A DNA stretch of 51,990 nt from Thermodesulfobacteriota bacterium (GCA_035624375.1 DASPRR010000122.1:1-51990), one strand, 5' to 3'. Numbered from the stretch's first letter, positions 1 to 8,098 are shown. A program made the numbers and translations. Notes: a model not told the origin generated them from the sequence alone.

Positions 1-471
1 CCTAACCAGCCGGGAGCGGATTTGGATGGCGGCGTTTAAAGATATCTGCTGCTCCGAAAGGGCAATAACGGCCATTTCAAAGACGGTGGAAGGGCGGATG
101 GGCTTCACCCCATAAAGGGCCTTGACCAGGGGGCGGAGGAAGGGGTGCTTTCGGGCCCGCTGGTAAAAGCCTTCCAGAGAAGCTTCGACATGGAATTGCC
201 ATCGAACCCTTTCTTTCAGGAGAGAGACCTTTCGGACTTGTTCCGGGAAGGTTCGGACGATGAGGCGGACTCGGTCATTCTTCGAGCCGAATTCCTGCTG
301 AACCCTGGTCAGAATGGGCTCACCTTCCACAACATGAAGGCGGTGGTATTCCGCCGGCAGAGTCTCCCGAGGGGGAATCCAGACATCGGTCCCGTCCTGA
401 GGAAAATGACAAAATGCCCATGCGCAGCGGGTGAGATCGTAGGGCCCTTCCATGAGGAGCTCAAAATTCAT
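1..471 (-). CDS. HhH-GPD superfamily DNA glycosylase (AlkA-like), 3' end outside window
   Basis: Own minus-strand translation from the ATG (revcomp of 469-471): MNFELLMEGPYDL...STVFEMAVIALSEQQISLNAAIQIRSRLV. The frame stays open to the window edge. The QQIS-x-x-AA segment is typical of the helix-hairpin-helix region of AlkA/endonuclease III-type glycosylases. The gene is absent from the ORF track because it is truncated. Confidence 0.6.
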   Translation of the reverse strand, partial: MNFELLMEGPYDLTRCAWAFCHFPQDGTDVWIPPRETLPAEYHRLHVVEGEPILTRVQQEFGSKNDRVRLIVRTFPEQVRKVSLLKERVRWQFHVEASLEGFYQRARKHPFLRPLVKALYGVKPIRPSTVFEMAVIALSEQQISLNAAIQIRSRLVR

Positions 472-607
472 TTTCCCCCCTGTTCGGTTTCCTTGAATTC
501 CCTCGGCTCTTCTCAAAATACTTTATGGCAGCCGGAAAGGGAAGAGAAAGTACGAAGGAGAGAAGATTTTTGGCTCGAAAGCTCCCCTTCGGGCATATAA
601 AAATTTC

Positions 608-636
608 TTGTTAAAAATATTTATTTTGGCTATGTT
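608..636 (+). promoter_or_regulatory. Candidate sigma-70 promoter (TTGTTA-N17-TATGTT) upstream of gcdA-like gene
   Basis: Hexamers read directly in an AT-rich stretch about 180 nt upstream of the ATG at 814. Motif match only. Confidence 0.25.
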
Positions 637-678
637 AAACATTGATGAACTCGTAAAAAGTCAAAATTCAATTAAATT

Positions 679-747
679 CGTCATTCCGGCGGAAGCCGGA
701 CTAGTTATTTGAATAAGTTATGGACCCCGGCTTTCGCCGGGGTGACG
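679..747. repeat. Imperfect inverted repeat (family A): cgtcattccggcggaagccgg ... ccggctttcgccggggtgacg
   Basis: 21-nt arms at 679-699 and 727-747 are reverse complements with 3 mismatches. The right arm and its flank recur at 46921-46985. Confidence 0.7.
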
Positions 748-813
748 CTTAACGAGACTTTATACGAGATCATCAAACATAGTTTAATCAAAGAATATCA
801 GGAGGAGTTTCAA

Positions 814-2547
814 ATGAGACCCTATTTCGAAAAAATGCCCGCTTTCGGCAAACCTTTGTCGGAAAGGCAAATGCAGAGTTCTGAAGAGAACATCAAAAAA
901 ATTCGGGAGGTGGAACAGGAGATCGCCGAAGCCGTAAAAAAGGTAAAAGGGGCCGGCATCTCCACGGAGGAGATCAATAAACGGGGGGAGATGACCGTTT
1001 ACCAGAGGCTGGAATATTTGGTTGACCCCGGCACCTGGTGTCCCTTGCACACCCTCTATGACCCGATGGAGGAGGAGTCCGGAACCACCGGGGTGGTGGA
1101 CGGGTTGGGCAAAATCGGCGGGAAATGGGCGGTGATCATCGGGTTTGACAACAAAGTGATGGCCGGAGCTTGGATTGCCGGACAATCGGACAACGTTCTT
1201 AGGGTCACCGACATGGCCAAGAACCTACACCTTCCCCTGGTCTGGCTGGTGAACTGCAGCGGGGTGAAGCTGCCGGAGCAGGAGAAGGTCTACGCCAACC
1301 GGAGGGGAAGCGGGACCACCTTCTTCCGCCATGCCGAACTGGAAAAACTCGGGATTCCAGTCCTCGCCGGAATCTACGGGACCAATCCCGCGGGGGGAGG
1401 ATACCAGGGAATCAGCCCGACCATCCTCCTCGCCCACAAGAACTGCAATATCGCCGTGGGCGGCGGAGGAATCGTGAGCGGGATGAGCCCCAAGGGCTTC
1501 TTCGATGAAGAAGGAGCCGAGGTGGTCATCGAAGCCACCCGAAAGTTCAAGGCCGTTCCCCCCGGCCGGGTGGAAATTCATTACGACTCCACGGGATTTT
1601 TCAAGGCCGTCTTTCAGAAGGAAGAAGGGGTGCTGGACGGGTTGAAGGAATACATGAAATACCTTCCCGCCTACGACCCCAAATTCTTCCGTGTGGCCGA
1701 ACCCAAAGCCCCGAAGTTTTCGCCCGAAGAGATCAATCGCCTGGTCCCCTTCAACCAGAAGATGGCCTACAATTTCGAGGAAGTTCTGGCGAGGCTGACC
1801 GACAACAGCGAACACATGGAGTTTCGACCCACCTACGGCCCCGAGGTCTACACCGGGTTGGCCAAAGTGGACGGTTTAGTGGTGGGCATCATCGGCAACA
1901 AACAGGGAATCCTCCCCAAGGGATACCCGGAATACGCTCCCTATCCTGGGGTGGGGGGGAAATTCTACCGCCAGGGGCTCATCAAGATGAACGAGTTTGT
2001 AACCCAGTGCGGAAGAGACCGAGTTCCCATTATCTGGTTCCAGGACACCACCGGCATCGATGTGGGGGACCTCGCCGAGAAGGCGGAACTGCTGGGGTTG
2101 GGGCAATCCCTGATTTACTCCATCGAGCAGTCCAACGTACCCATGATGTGCGTGATCCTGAGAAAAGGAACCGCCGCCGCCCACTACATCATGGGAGGGC
2201 CCCAGGCGAACAACAACAATATTTTCACCCTCGGGACGCCTACCAGCGAGATTTATGTGATGCACGGGGAGACGGCCGCAGTTGCCTCCTTCGCCCGGAG
2301 GCTGGTGAAGGAGAAGGATTCGAACCGGCCCCTGAAACCGATCATCGACAAAATGAACGCTCTGGCGCAGGACTATTACAACAAGTCCCGGCCCATCTAT
2401 TGCGCCAAGACCGGGTTCGTCGATGAAGTGGTTCCCCTGCCGGAAATCCGGAAGTACATGGTGGCCTTTACGGGCGCGGCTTACCAGAATCCCAGGTCCA
2501 TCTGTCCCCACCACCACCTGATGCTTCCCCGGCTGATCAAAGGATGA
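814..2547 (+). CDS. gcdA: Glutaconyl-CoA decarboxylase alpha subunit-type carboxyltransferase
   Basis: Track ORF 709..2547. I start it at ATG 814, which follows GGAGGA at 801-806. MRPYFEKMPAFGKPL..., GIYGTNPAGGGY and LYRQGLIKMNEFVT match my recollection of Acidaminococcus GcdA almost motif for motif. The 577 aa length is also right. Confidence 0.85.
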   Translation: MRPYFEKMPAFGKPLSERQMQSSEENIKKIREVEQEIAEAVKKVKGAGISTEEINKRGEMTVYQRLEYLVDPGTWCPLHTLYDPMEEESGTTGVVDGLGKIGGKWAVIIGFDNKVMAGAWIAGQSDNVLRVTDMAKNLHLPLVWLVNCSGVKLPEQEKVYANRRGSGTTFFRHAELEKLGIPVLAGIYGTNPAGGGYQGISPTILLAHKNCNIAVGGGGIVSGMSPKGFFDEEGAEVVIEATRKFKAVPPGRVEIHYDSTGFFKAVFQKEEGVLDGLKEYMKYLPAYDPKFFRVAEPKAPKFSPEEINRLVPFNQKMAYNFEEVLARLTDNSEHMEFRPTYGPEVYTGLAKVDGLVVGIIGNKQGILPKGYPEYAPYPGVGGKFYRQGLIKMNEFVTQCGRDRVPIIWFQDTTGIDVGDLAEKAELLGLGQSLIYSIEQSNVPMMCVILRKGTAAAHYIMGGPQANNNNIFTLGTPTSEIYVMHGETAAVASFARRLVKEKDSNRPLKPIIDKMNALAQDYYNKSRPIYCAKTGFVDEVVPLPEIRKYMVAFTGAAYQNPRSICPHHHLMLPRLIKG

Positions 2548-2550
2548 ACC

Positions 2551-2580
2551 AAAGGCCCGCCTTCGAGCGGGCCTTTTCTT
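2551..2580. terminator. Bidirectional stem-loop between convergent gcdA and cupin genes
   Basis: aaaGGCCCGCcttcgaGCGGGCCtttt: 7-bp GC stem (2554-2560 / 2567-2573), flanked by an A-run and a T-run. Confidence 0.7.
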
Positions 2581-2603
2581 TTCAGCTTCAAGGCCTATTC
2601 CGT

Positions 2604-2984
2604 CTATACCACAACTGTTTTTCCCCCTATTCCCTGAGAGATTCCGACGGCCAGGTATTCCAGGTCTTCCCCTCCGCCATTTTTCATTTGGTGGATTTCT
2701 CTCGGGAGAATAATCACTGCTTCCCCTTCCCCCATTTCAGCTTCTTCCCCATTGACGAGAATTTTGGCTTGCCCCTTCAAGATGATGAAGATTTCCTCCA
2801 TGTCCTCGTGATAATGGGCCTGAAAGGCTTTCTCCGGCTCCATCCGGCACCAGTTAACCATCTGCACTCGTCCCTCCAGCAAATCGTCTTTTTGAAGCAA
2901 GACCTTTTTCCAGACGGAAGGGGATTGCAGGCTTTCGTGACTGGCCGGAATCCAATCCAAATCTTTAAGTCGGAAAATTTTCAT
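2604..2984 (-). CDS. Cupin domain protein
   Basis: 126 aa. HYHEDMEEIFIILKGQAKILVNGEE...GEAVIILPREIHQMKN fits the two-motif cupin pattern (H-x-H...E / P-x-x-x-H). Confidence 0.75.
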   Translation of the reverse strand: MKIFRLKDLDWIPASHESLQSPSVWKKVLLQKDDLLEGRVQMVNWCRMEPEKAFQAHYHEDMEEIFIILKGQAKILVNGEEAEMGEGEAVIILPREIHQMKNGGGEDLEYLAVGISQGIGGKTVVV

Positions 2985-3101
2985 GGCATATTCCGGTTCA
3001 TTTGAAATCGGTGCAGCTGTATTACTAAAGATTCCGGGGTTGAGAAGACATATTCTTCCGAAAATCTCCTCTAACCCCGATGCTCTTCACTTGGCCTAGC
3101 A

Positions 3102-3177
3102 CCGTTCACCCTGAGCTTGTCGAAGGGTGCGTCGCTAAGCCGTTCATGCTTCGACAAGCTCAGCACGAACGGCTTAG
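3102..3177. repeat. Palindromic intergenic element with core ctgagcttgtcgaag / cttcgacaagctcag
   Basis: ccgttcaccCTGAGCTTGTCGAAGggtg ... catgCTTCGACAAGCTCAGcacgaacgg has a perfect 15-bp core. A nested pair gctaagccgtt / aacggcttag is also present. Confidence 0.7.
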
Positions 3178-3311
3178 TCTTCAGCGTCCATACAATTATA
3201 GTATGATCAATAGTTTACTCTGAAGGAATCATGATTGGCAATTCCAGATTGTGCCTTTTATCCCCCCCTTTATCCTTCCGGATTCCGCATTTGGTCAGTC
3301 TTCTTTTAGTC

Positions 3312-3341
3312 TTGACAATTCCGAAAGGGGGGAGATATTTT
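3312..3341 (+). promoter_or_regulatory. Candidate sigma-70 promoter for Liv-type operon 1 (TTGACA-N18-TATTTT)
   Basis: Perfect -35 at 3312-3317 and a TA...T -10 at 3336-3341. This leaves a leader of about 105 nt with two small hairpins (ctgat/atcag and accggca/tgccggt at 3399-3425). Confidence 0.4.
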
Positions 3342-3451
3342 TGAATGGTTCAAAGCGGCCAGGGCTGAAATTCTGATTTGCAGCATCAGCTCTGAGAGAC
3401 CGGCATTTTTTCTTCATTTGCCGGTATTAGACTCTACAAGGAGGTGCAAAG

Positions 3452-4630
3452 ATGAAGAAGATGTTGGGTTTGACTTTCATCCTGTTTTTGGCCTTTGGCT
3501 CCCTGGGCTGGACCCAGGACACGATCAAGATCGGTGTGGTCGGGCCGAGGACCGGCCCGGCCGCGGCCACTGGAAAGGCCTTTGAGGAAGGGATTGCCAT
3601 CGCCCTGGACCACATCAACGCCAAAGGCGGAGTGCTGGGGAAGAAGGTCGAGGTAATCTTCGAAGACACCGGCGGAGTTCCCGAAAAGGCTGCTTCCGCC
3701 CTGGAGAGGCTGGCGACCCGGGAGAAGGTTCCAGTGGTTGTCGGGGAGAGCCACTCCTCTTCCGCCCTGGCAGAGATCGAAGTGGCCAACCGTTATAAGA
3801 TCCCCCTCATCATCTGCGAAGCCTGGCACGACGACATCACCAAGAAGGGCTACAAGTGGGTTTTCCGGGCCGGCCCGGCCAACAGCGGCGTGGTCGATTT
3901 CTACATCGCCCCCTTCGTGAAGGAGAACGGGTTCAAGAAAGCGGCCATCGTCCGAGAGAACTCCGACTGGGGCGCCGGCATCGCCGAGCGGACGGAGATG
4001 AACCTCAAAAGCATGAACATCCCCTTTACCACCCTGAAAGTGGAGCGGGAGAGCAAGGACTACTACACCGAGCTAACCAAGCTCAAGAGCGAGAACCCGG
4101 ACATCATCCTGGCCTACATCTACGGGACCGGCCTGCACTTCTTCATCAGCCAGGCCAGCGAGGTGGGGCTCAGCCCCAAGGCCCTCATCCTGGACGGGGC
4201 CGGACCCCCCAGCCTCTGGGACAGCTACTGGAAGAATGTGGGCGAGGCCGGGGAGCTGGAACTCTTCATGTCCAGCATGCACGAAAAGGTCCACCTGACC
4301 GCTACCAGTCGGAAGTTCTGGGATGACTACAAGAAGAAGTACGGGAAGGACCCCTCGGACTACAAGACCCGGTCCATCTACAACGTAATTCTCATCGCCG
4401 CCGATGCCATCAACCGGGCCAAATCGACGGACCCCGAAGCCCTCGTCGCAGCCCTGGAGAAGACCAACCTCGAAGTCACCACCGGGACGGTCAAGTTCGG
4501 TATGAAGGAGGGATCGTACGAGTACCATCAGTGGATGCCCCCCATGCTGGTCGTTCAGTGGCAGAACAAACAGCAGGTGGTGGTCTACCCCAAAGAGGCG
4601 GCCACGGGTGCCTTGAAGAAAACAAAGTAA
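3452..4630 (+). CDS. ABC transporter substrate-binding protein, LivK/type-1 periplasmic binding fold
   Basis: 392 aa with a signal peptide (MKKMLGLTFILFLAFGSLG). IKIGVVGPRTGPAA...G is the typical start of Leu/Ile/Val-binding family proteins. Strong RBS AAGGAGG upstream. Confidence 0.85.
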   Translation: MKKMLGLTFILFLAFGSLGWTQDTIKIGVVGPRTGPAAATGKAFEEGIAIALDHINAKGGVLGKKVEVIFEDTGGVPEKAASALERLATREKVPVVVGESHSSSALAEIEVANRYKIPLIICEAWHDDITKKGYKWVFRAGPANSGVVDFYIAPFVKENGFKKAAIVRENSDWGAGIAERTEMNLKSMNIPFTTLKVERESKDYYTELTKLKSENPDIILAYIYGTGLHFFISQASEVGLSPKALILDGAGPPSLWDSYWKNVGEAGELELFMSSMHEKVHLTATSRKFWDDYKKKYGKDPSDYKTRSIYNVILIAADAINRAKSTDPEALVAALEKTNLEVTTGTVKFGMKEGSYEYHQWMPPMLVVQWQNKQQVVVYPKEAATGALKKTK

Positions 4631-4636
4631 GAAAGC

Positions 4637-4721
4637 AGTGTCAGTGTCAGTGTGAGTGTAAGTGAAAGGATTTGACTATTTTTACTGACACTTACCGCTG
4701 ACACTGACACTTAGGTTTTTT
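4637..4721 (+). terminator. Long stem-loop plus T-run between the SBP gene and the first permease gene (attenuator or stabiliser)
   Basis: agtgtcagtgtcag (4637-4650) pairs perfectly with ctgacactgacact (4698-4711). A second helix is gtaagtg/cacttac. tttttt follows at 4716-4721, and the next ATG is at 4725. Confidence 0.6.
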
Positions 4722-4724
4722 ACC

Positions 4725-5585
4725 ATGGCTGAATTCCTGATGTATCTAACCAACGGAATCGTTATCGGGGTGATCAACGCCATCTCGGCCATCGGCGTGT
4801 CCCTCATCGTGGGCATCATGAAGGTGGTGAATTTCGCCCACGGGGAGATGTACATCTTTGCCGGGTACTTCAGTTACCACTTGAGCACCTCCCTGGGCCT
4901 GCCCCCCGTCCTTTCCATGATCGTAGCCGTCGGGTTCGTGTTTCTCTTCGGACTCGCGATGGAGCGCACGCTCATCCGCCCCACTTACGGGGATGACATG
5001 TATTCCCTGATTATCACCTTCGTGCTGTCGATCGTCCTTCAGAACCTGGCGCTCCTGATCTTCGGCCCATACCCGAACAAACCCCCCAACCTGGTGAGCG
5101 GGGCCACGAACCTCTTCGGCCTTTTCCAATATGGAAACCAGCGGCTGGTCTCTTTCTTCATTTCCATCGGCATACTGATCTTCATTTTTTATCTCATTAA
5201 AAAAACATGGTTTGGAAAGAGCATCCGGGCCATTTCCCAGGACCGGGAAATGTCTTCCCTCATGGGAGTGGACCATCTGCGGATGAACATGTTTTCCTTT
5301 GGGCTGGGGGCCGCCCTCGCTGGGGCCGCAGGAGTCATCCTGGCCCCCGTCTTTCCGGTTACCCCGACCGGGAGTTCCTCGATCAGTTTGACCGCCTTTG
5401 TAGTGGTCGTTCTGGGGGGAATGGGTTCCCTCAAGGGGTGCCTGGTGGGAGGATTGATCCTGGGGATCATCGAAAATCTGGGCGCTGCCTACATCTCCAC
5501 CATGTACCGCCATATTTTTGCCTTCGTCATCCTGATCATGGTCCTTGTTTTCAGGCCATGGGGGCTGTATGGGCAAAAGACCTAA
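4725..5585 (+). CDS. Branched-chain amino acid-type ABC permease (LivH family)
   Basis: 286 aa polytopic protein. INAISAIGVSLIVG...VNFAHGE is a LivH-family hallmark. Confidence 0.85.
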   Translation: MAEFLMYLTNGIVIGVINAISAIGVSLIVGIMKVVNFAHGEMYIFAGYFSYHLSTSLGLPPVLSMIVAVGFVFLFGLAMERTLIRPTYGDDMYSLIITFVLSIVLQNLALLIFGPYPNKPPNLVSGATNLFGLFQYGNQRLVSFFISIGILIFIFYLIKKTWFGKSIRAISQDREMSSLMGVDHLRMNMFSFGLGAALAGAAGVILAPVFPVTPTGSSSISLTAFVVVVLGGMGSLKGCLVGGLILGIIENLGAAYISTMYRHIFAFVILIMVLVFRPWGLYGQKT

Positions 5586-5600
5586 AAAGGGGTGCAGAGT

Positions 5601-5649
5601 GTAGGGGCGATTCTCGTAGAGTCGAGTCTCCGACATGAATCGCCCCTAC
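5601..5649. repeat. Palindromic repeat family B: gtaggggcgattc ... gaatcgcccctac
   Basis: Perfect 13-nt arms at 5601-5613 and 5637-5649. A related palindrome aggggcaattcatgaattgcccct lies at 36940-36963. Confidence 0.75.
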
Positions 5650-5703
5650 AGGGTCCGTAAAGCAACCAGCGCCGAGAAACGAACAACGAGTAACGATTCA
5701 AAT

Positions 5704-6618
5704 ATGGACTTGAAAAAACTTTGGTGGATTCCGATTCTGGCCTTTCTTGCGATCCTGCCGCCTTTTGTCCTATCCCAGTACTGGCTCCACACGATGATCA
5801 TCAGCCTCTTTTACGTGATGATGGCTGCTTCGTGGAACCTTCTGGCCGGCTATACCGGGCAGGTTTCCTTTGCCCATGCGGCTTTTTGCGGGGTGGGCGC
5901 CTATGTCTCGGGAATGCTGGCCGTGTTCCTGGGAGTGTCCCCGTGGCTGGGAATCCTTTCCGGAACGGCGATGGCCGCGCTACTGGGATTTGGCCTGGGA
6001 TTTCTCTGCATCCGCATGGGGGGAATTTACCTTTCCCTGACGACCCTCGGGTTTTCCGAGATCCTGCGGATCATCATCACCAACGAGGAAAAATGGACCC
6101 GGGGAACCATGGGCCTGCAGACCCCCGGCCTGTTTGCCAAGTATTCCAAAACGGACTATTACTTCGTCTTTCTCGTCGCCACCGTGGTGATCCTGATCTT
6201 CATTCACCGGCTGATCCGGTCGGAGTGGGGACTCACCTTTCGGGCCGTGCTGAACGACGAAGTGGCCGCTTCCTCCTCGGGGATCAACACCATCCGGGTC
6301 CGGGTCCTGGCCTTCACCCTGACCAGCGGCATGGCCGGACTGGCCGGCGGGCTCTACGGCCATTACCTCATGCTCATTACTCCCGACATCCCCTCCCTGG
6401 GGCAGATGTTCCTGGTTCTGGCCATGGCGGTCATCGGCGGAATGGGCAGCTTTGCCGGGCCGGTCATCGGGTCTTTCGTCCTGGAAATCCTTTCCGAATA
6501 CATCCGGGTGTACGGCGAGTACCATGTCCTGCTCTTCGGCCTGGTGGCTTTGGCGGTAGCCAGGTTTGCCCCCGAAGGAATCATGGGAACCTGGGCAAAA
6601 ATGCGGAGATCGCCGTGA
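5704..6618 (+). CDS. Branched-chain amino acid-type ABC permease (LivM family)
   Basis: Track ORF 5635..6618. The first 23 codons lie inside the family B palindrome, so I prefer ATG 5704 (MDLKKLWWIPIL...). The start is uncertain. The body is typical LivM (LLAGYTGQVSFAHAAF). Confidence 0.8.
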   Translation: MDLKKLWWIPILAFLAILPPFVLSQYWLHTMIISLFYVMMAASWNLLAGYTGQVSFAHAAFCGVGAYVSGMLAVFLGVSPWLGILSGTAMAALLGFGLGFLCIRMGGIYLSLTTLGFSEILRIIITNEEKWTRGTMGLQTPGLFAKYSKTDYYFVFLVATVVILIFIHRLIRSEWGLTFRAVLNDEVAASSSGINTIRVRVLAFTLTSGMAGLAGGLYGHYLMLITPDIPSLGQMFLVLAMAVIGGMGSFAGPVIGSFVLEILSEYIRVYGEYHVLLFGLVALAVARFAPEGIMGTWAKMRRSP

Positions 6619-7352
6619 GCGCCATTCTGGAAGGAAAGAATTTGACCAAATCTTTCGGCGGGCTGACGGCCGTGCGGGAGGTGGACTTCCACCTAGAACA
6701 AGGTGAAATCGTAGGCCTCATTGGCCCTAACGGAGCCGGCAAGACCACCCTTTTCAACCTCATCAGCGGGGTATTCCCCACCGATACGGGGACCCTCCGG
6801 TTTAACGACCGGGAGATCGGGGGGCTGAGGTCCTTCGAAATCTGCCGGCTGGGAATCGCCCGGACCTTCCAGATCGTCCGTCCTTTTTTGAAGATGAACT
6901 GCCTGGAGAATGTTCTGGTGGGGATTGCGGGACGGGAGGAGAAAGAAACCCGAAGAAAGGAAGAGAAAAGAGAGGAGGCATGGGAACTTTTGAAGTTCAT
7001 CGGGCTGCCGGGGGAAGAATACCGGCTGGCCCAGAACCTGACCCTCATGCAGAAGAAGAGGCTGGAGATGGCCCGGGCCCTGGCCACCCGGCCCCGGGTC
7101 ATTCTCCTCGATGAAGTGCTGGCCGGGCTCAATCCTTCGGAAATGCATCAGGCGCTGGATTTGATCGAGGGGATCCGCAGCGAGCAGAAGATCACCATCT
7201 TCTGGATCGAGCACGTGATGGGGGCCATCATGAAAGGTTCGGACCGGATCATCGTCCTGGATCAGGGCAGGATGATTCGCGAAGGGAAACCCGAAGAGGT
7301 GGTCTCCGACCCAAGAGTCATCGAGGCTTATTTGGGGGATGCGAATGCTTGA
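6615..7352 (+). CDS. ABC transporter ATP-binding protein (LivG family)
   Basis: This is the C-terminal part of track ORF 5721..7352. GTG 6615 overlaps the livM-like stop (GTGA). An in-frame ATG at 6582 is the alternative start. Walker A GPNGAGKTT, signature-like region and Walker B ILLDE are present. Confidence 0.8.
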   Translation: MSAILEGKNLTKSFGGLTAVREVDFHLEQGEIVGLIGPNGAGKTTLFNLISGVFPTDTGTLRFNDREIGGLRSFEICRLGIARTFQIVRPFLKMNCLENVLVGIAGREEKETRRKEEKREEAWELLKFIGLPGEEYRLAQNLTLMQKKRLEMARALATRPRVILLDEVLAGLNPSEMHQALDLIEGIRSEQKITIFWIEHVMGAIMKGSDRIIVLDQGRMIREGKPEEVVSDPRVIEAYLGDANA

Positions 7353-8049
7353 GGTGAAGGGAATCAGCGTATTCCGCGGCCAAGCCCAAATCCTCTGGGG
7401 CATCTCCATGCAGGTGGAAAAAGGAGAGGTGGTCACCCTCCTGGGGGCCAACGGGGCGGGAAAGACGACTTTCGTTGAATCCATCCTGGGAATCCACCAT
7501 CCGCCCAGCGGTGCCATAGCTTTTCTGGGGAGCGACATCACCCGCAGGACCCCGTTCCAGATCACCCGCCTGGGGGTCTCCTGCGTCCCGGAGGGGCGAA
7601 GGTTATTCAAAGACATGACGGTCTACGAAAACCTGGAGATGGGAGCCTATCCTCCCAGGGCCCGGACGGTCTTAAGGTCGACCGTCCAGTGGGTCTTCTC
7701 CCTCTTCCCAGTTCTCGACCAGAGGAAGATGCAGATTGCCGGAACCCTCAGCGGGGGGGAACAGCAGATGCTGGCCATTGGGCGAGCGCTGATGTCCAAA
7801 CCACAGCTGCTGCTGATGGACGAGCTCTCCCTTGGGCTTTCTCCAAAGATCACCAAGGGGATCTATGGAACCGTGGACAAACTTCGCCGGGAAGGGGTCA
7901 CCCTTTTATTGATCGAGCAGAACGCCACCCTGGCTCTGCGCCACAGCGATCGGGGCTACATTCTGGAGACGGGAAGAATCACCCTCCAGGGAACTTCCCA
8001 GGAGCTCCTGGGGAATGAACATATCCGCAAAGCCTATCTGGGGATGTAG
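7339..8049 (+). CDS. ABC transporter ATP-binding protein (LivF family)
   Basis: 236 aa with GANGAGKTT, LSGGEQQMLAIGRAL and LLLMDE. It overlaps the previous gene by 14 nt. ATG 7345 (MLEVKG...) is an equally plausible start. Confidence 0.85.
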   Translation: MRMLEVKGISVFRGQAQILWGISMQVEKGEVVTLLGANGAGKTTFVESILGIHHPPSGAIAFLGSDITRRTPFQITRLGVSCVPEGRRLFKDMTVYENLEMGAYPPRARTVLRSTVQWVFSLFPVLDQRKMQIAGTLSGGEQQMLAIGRALMSKPQLLLMDELSLGLSPKITKGIYGTVDKLRREGVTLLLIEQNATLALRHSDRGYILETGRITLQGTSQELLGNEHIRKAYLGM

Positions 8050-8098
8050 AAGTAGAGATTCGGAATCGGAATATCGAAATTCGAAAAAAAGGGCCCTT

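Noticed and set aside
145-600. 151-aa plus-strand ORF at the window start
   Set aside because: It is antisense to a much better supported minus-strand HhH-GPD glycosylase frame (1-471) and has no recognisable motifs.
3385-3405. Glycine-riboswitch-like string ctctgagagaccgg in the livK1 leader
   Set aside because: It lacks the GGAGAG and ACCGAAGG...GCAA conserved elements. This is only a superficial resemblance.
5721-6614. N-terminal ~300 codons of the 543-aa ORF 5721..7352
   Set aside because: This part is an out-of-frame overlap of the livM-like gene with Arg/Gly/Pro-rich nonsense composition. Only the part from 6615 (LivG-like) is real.
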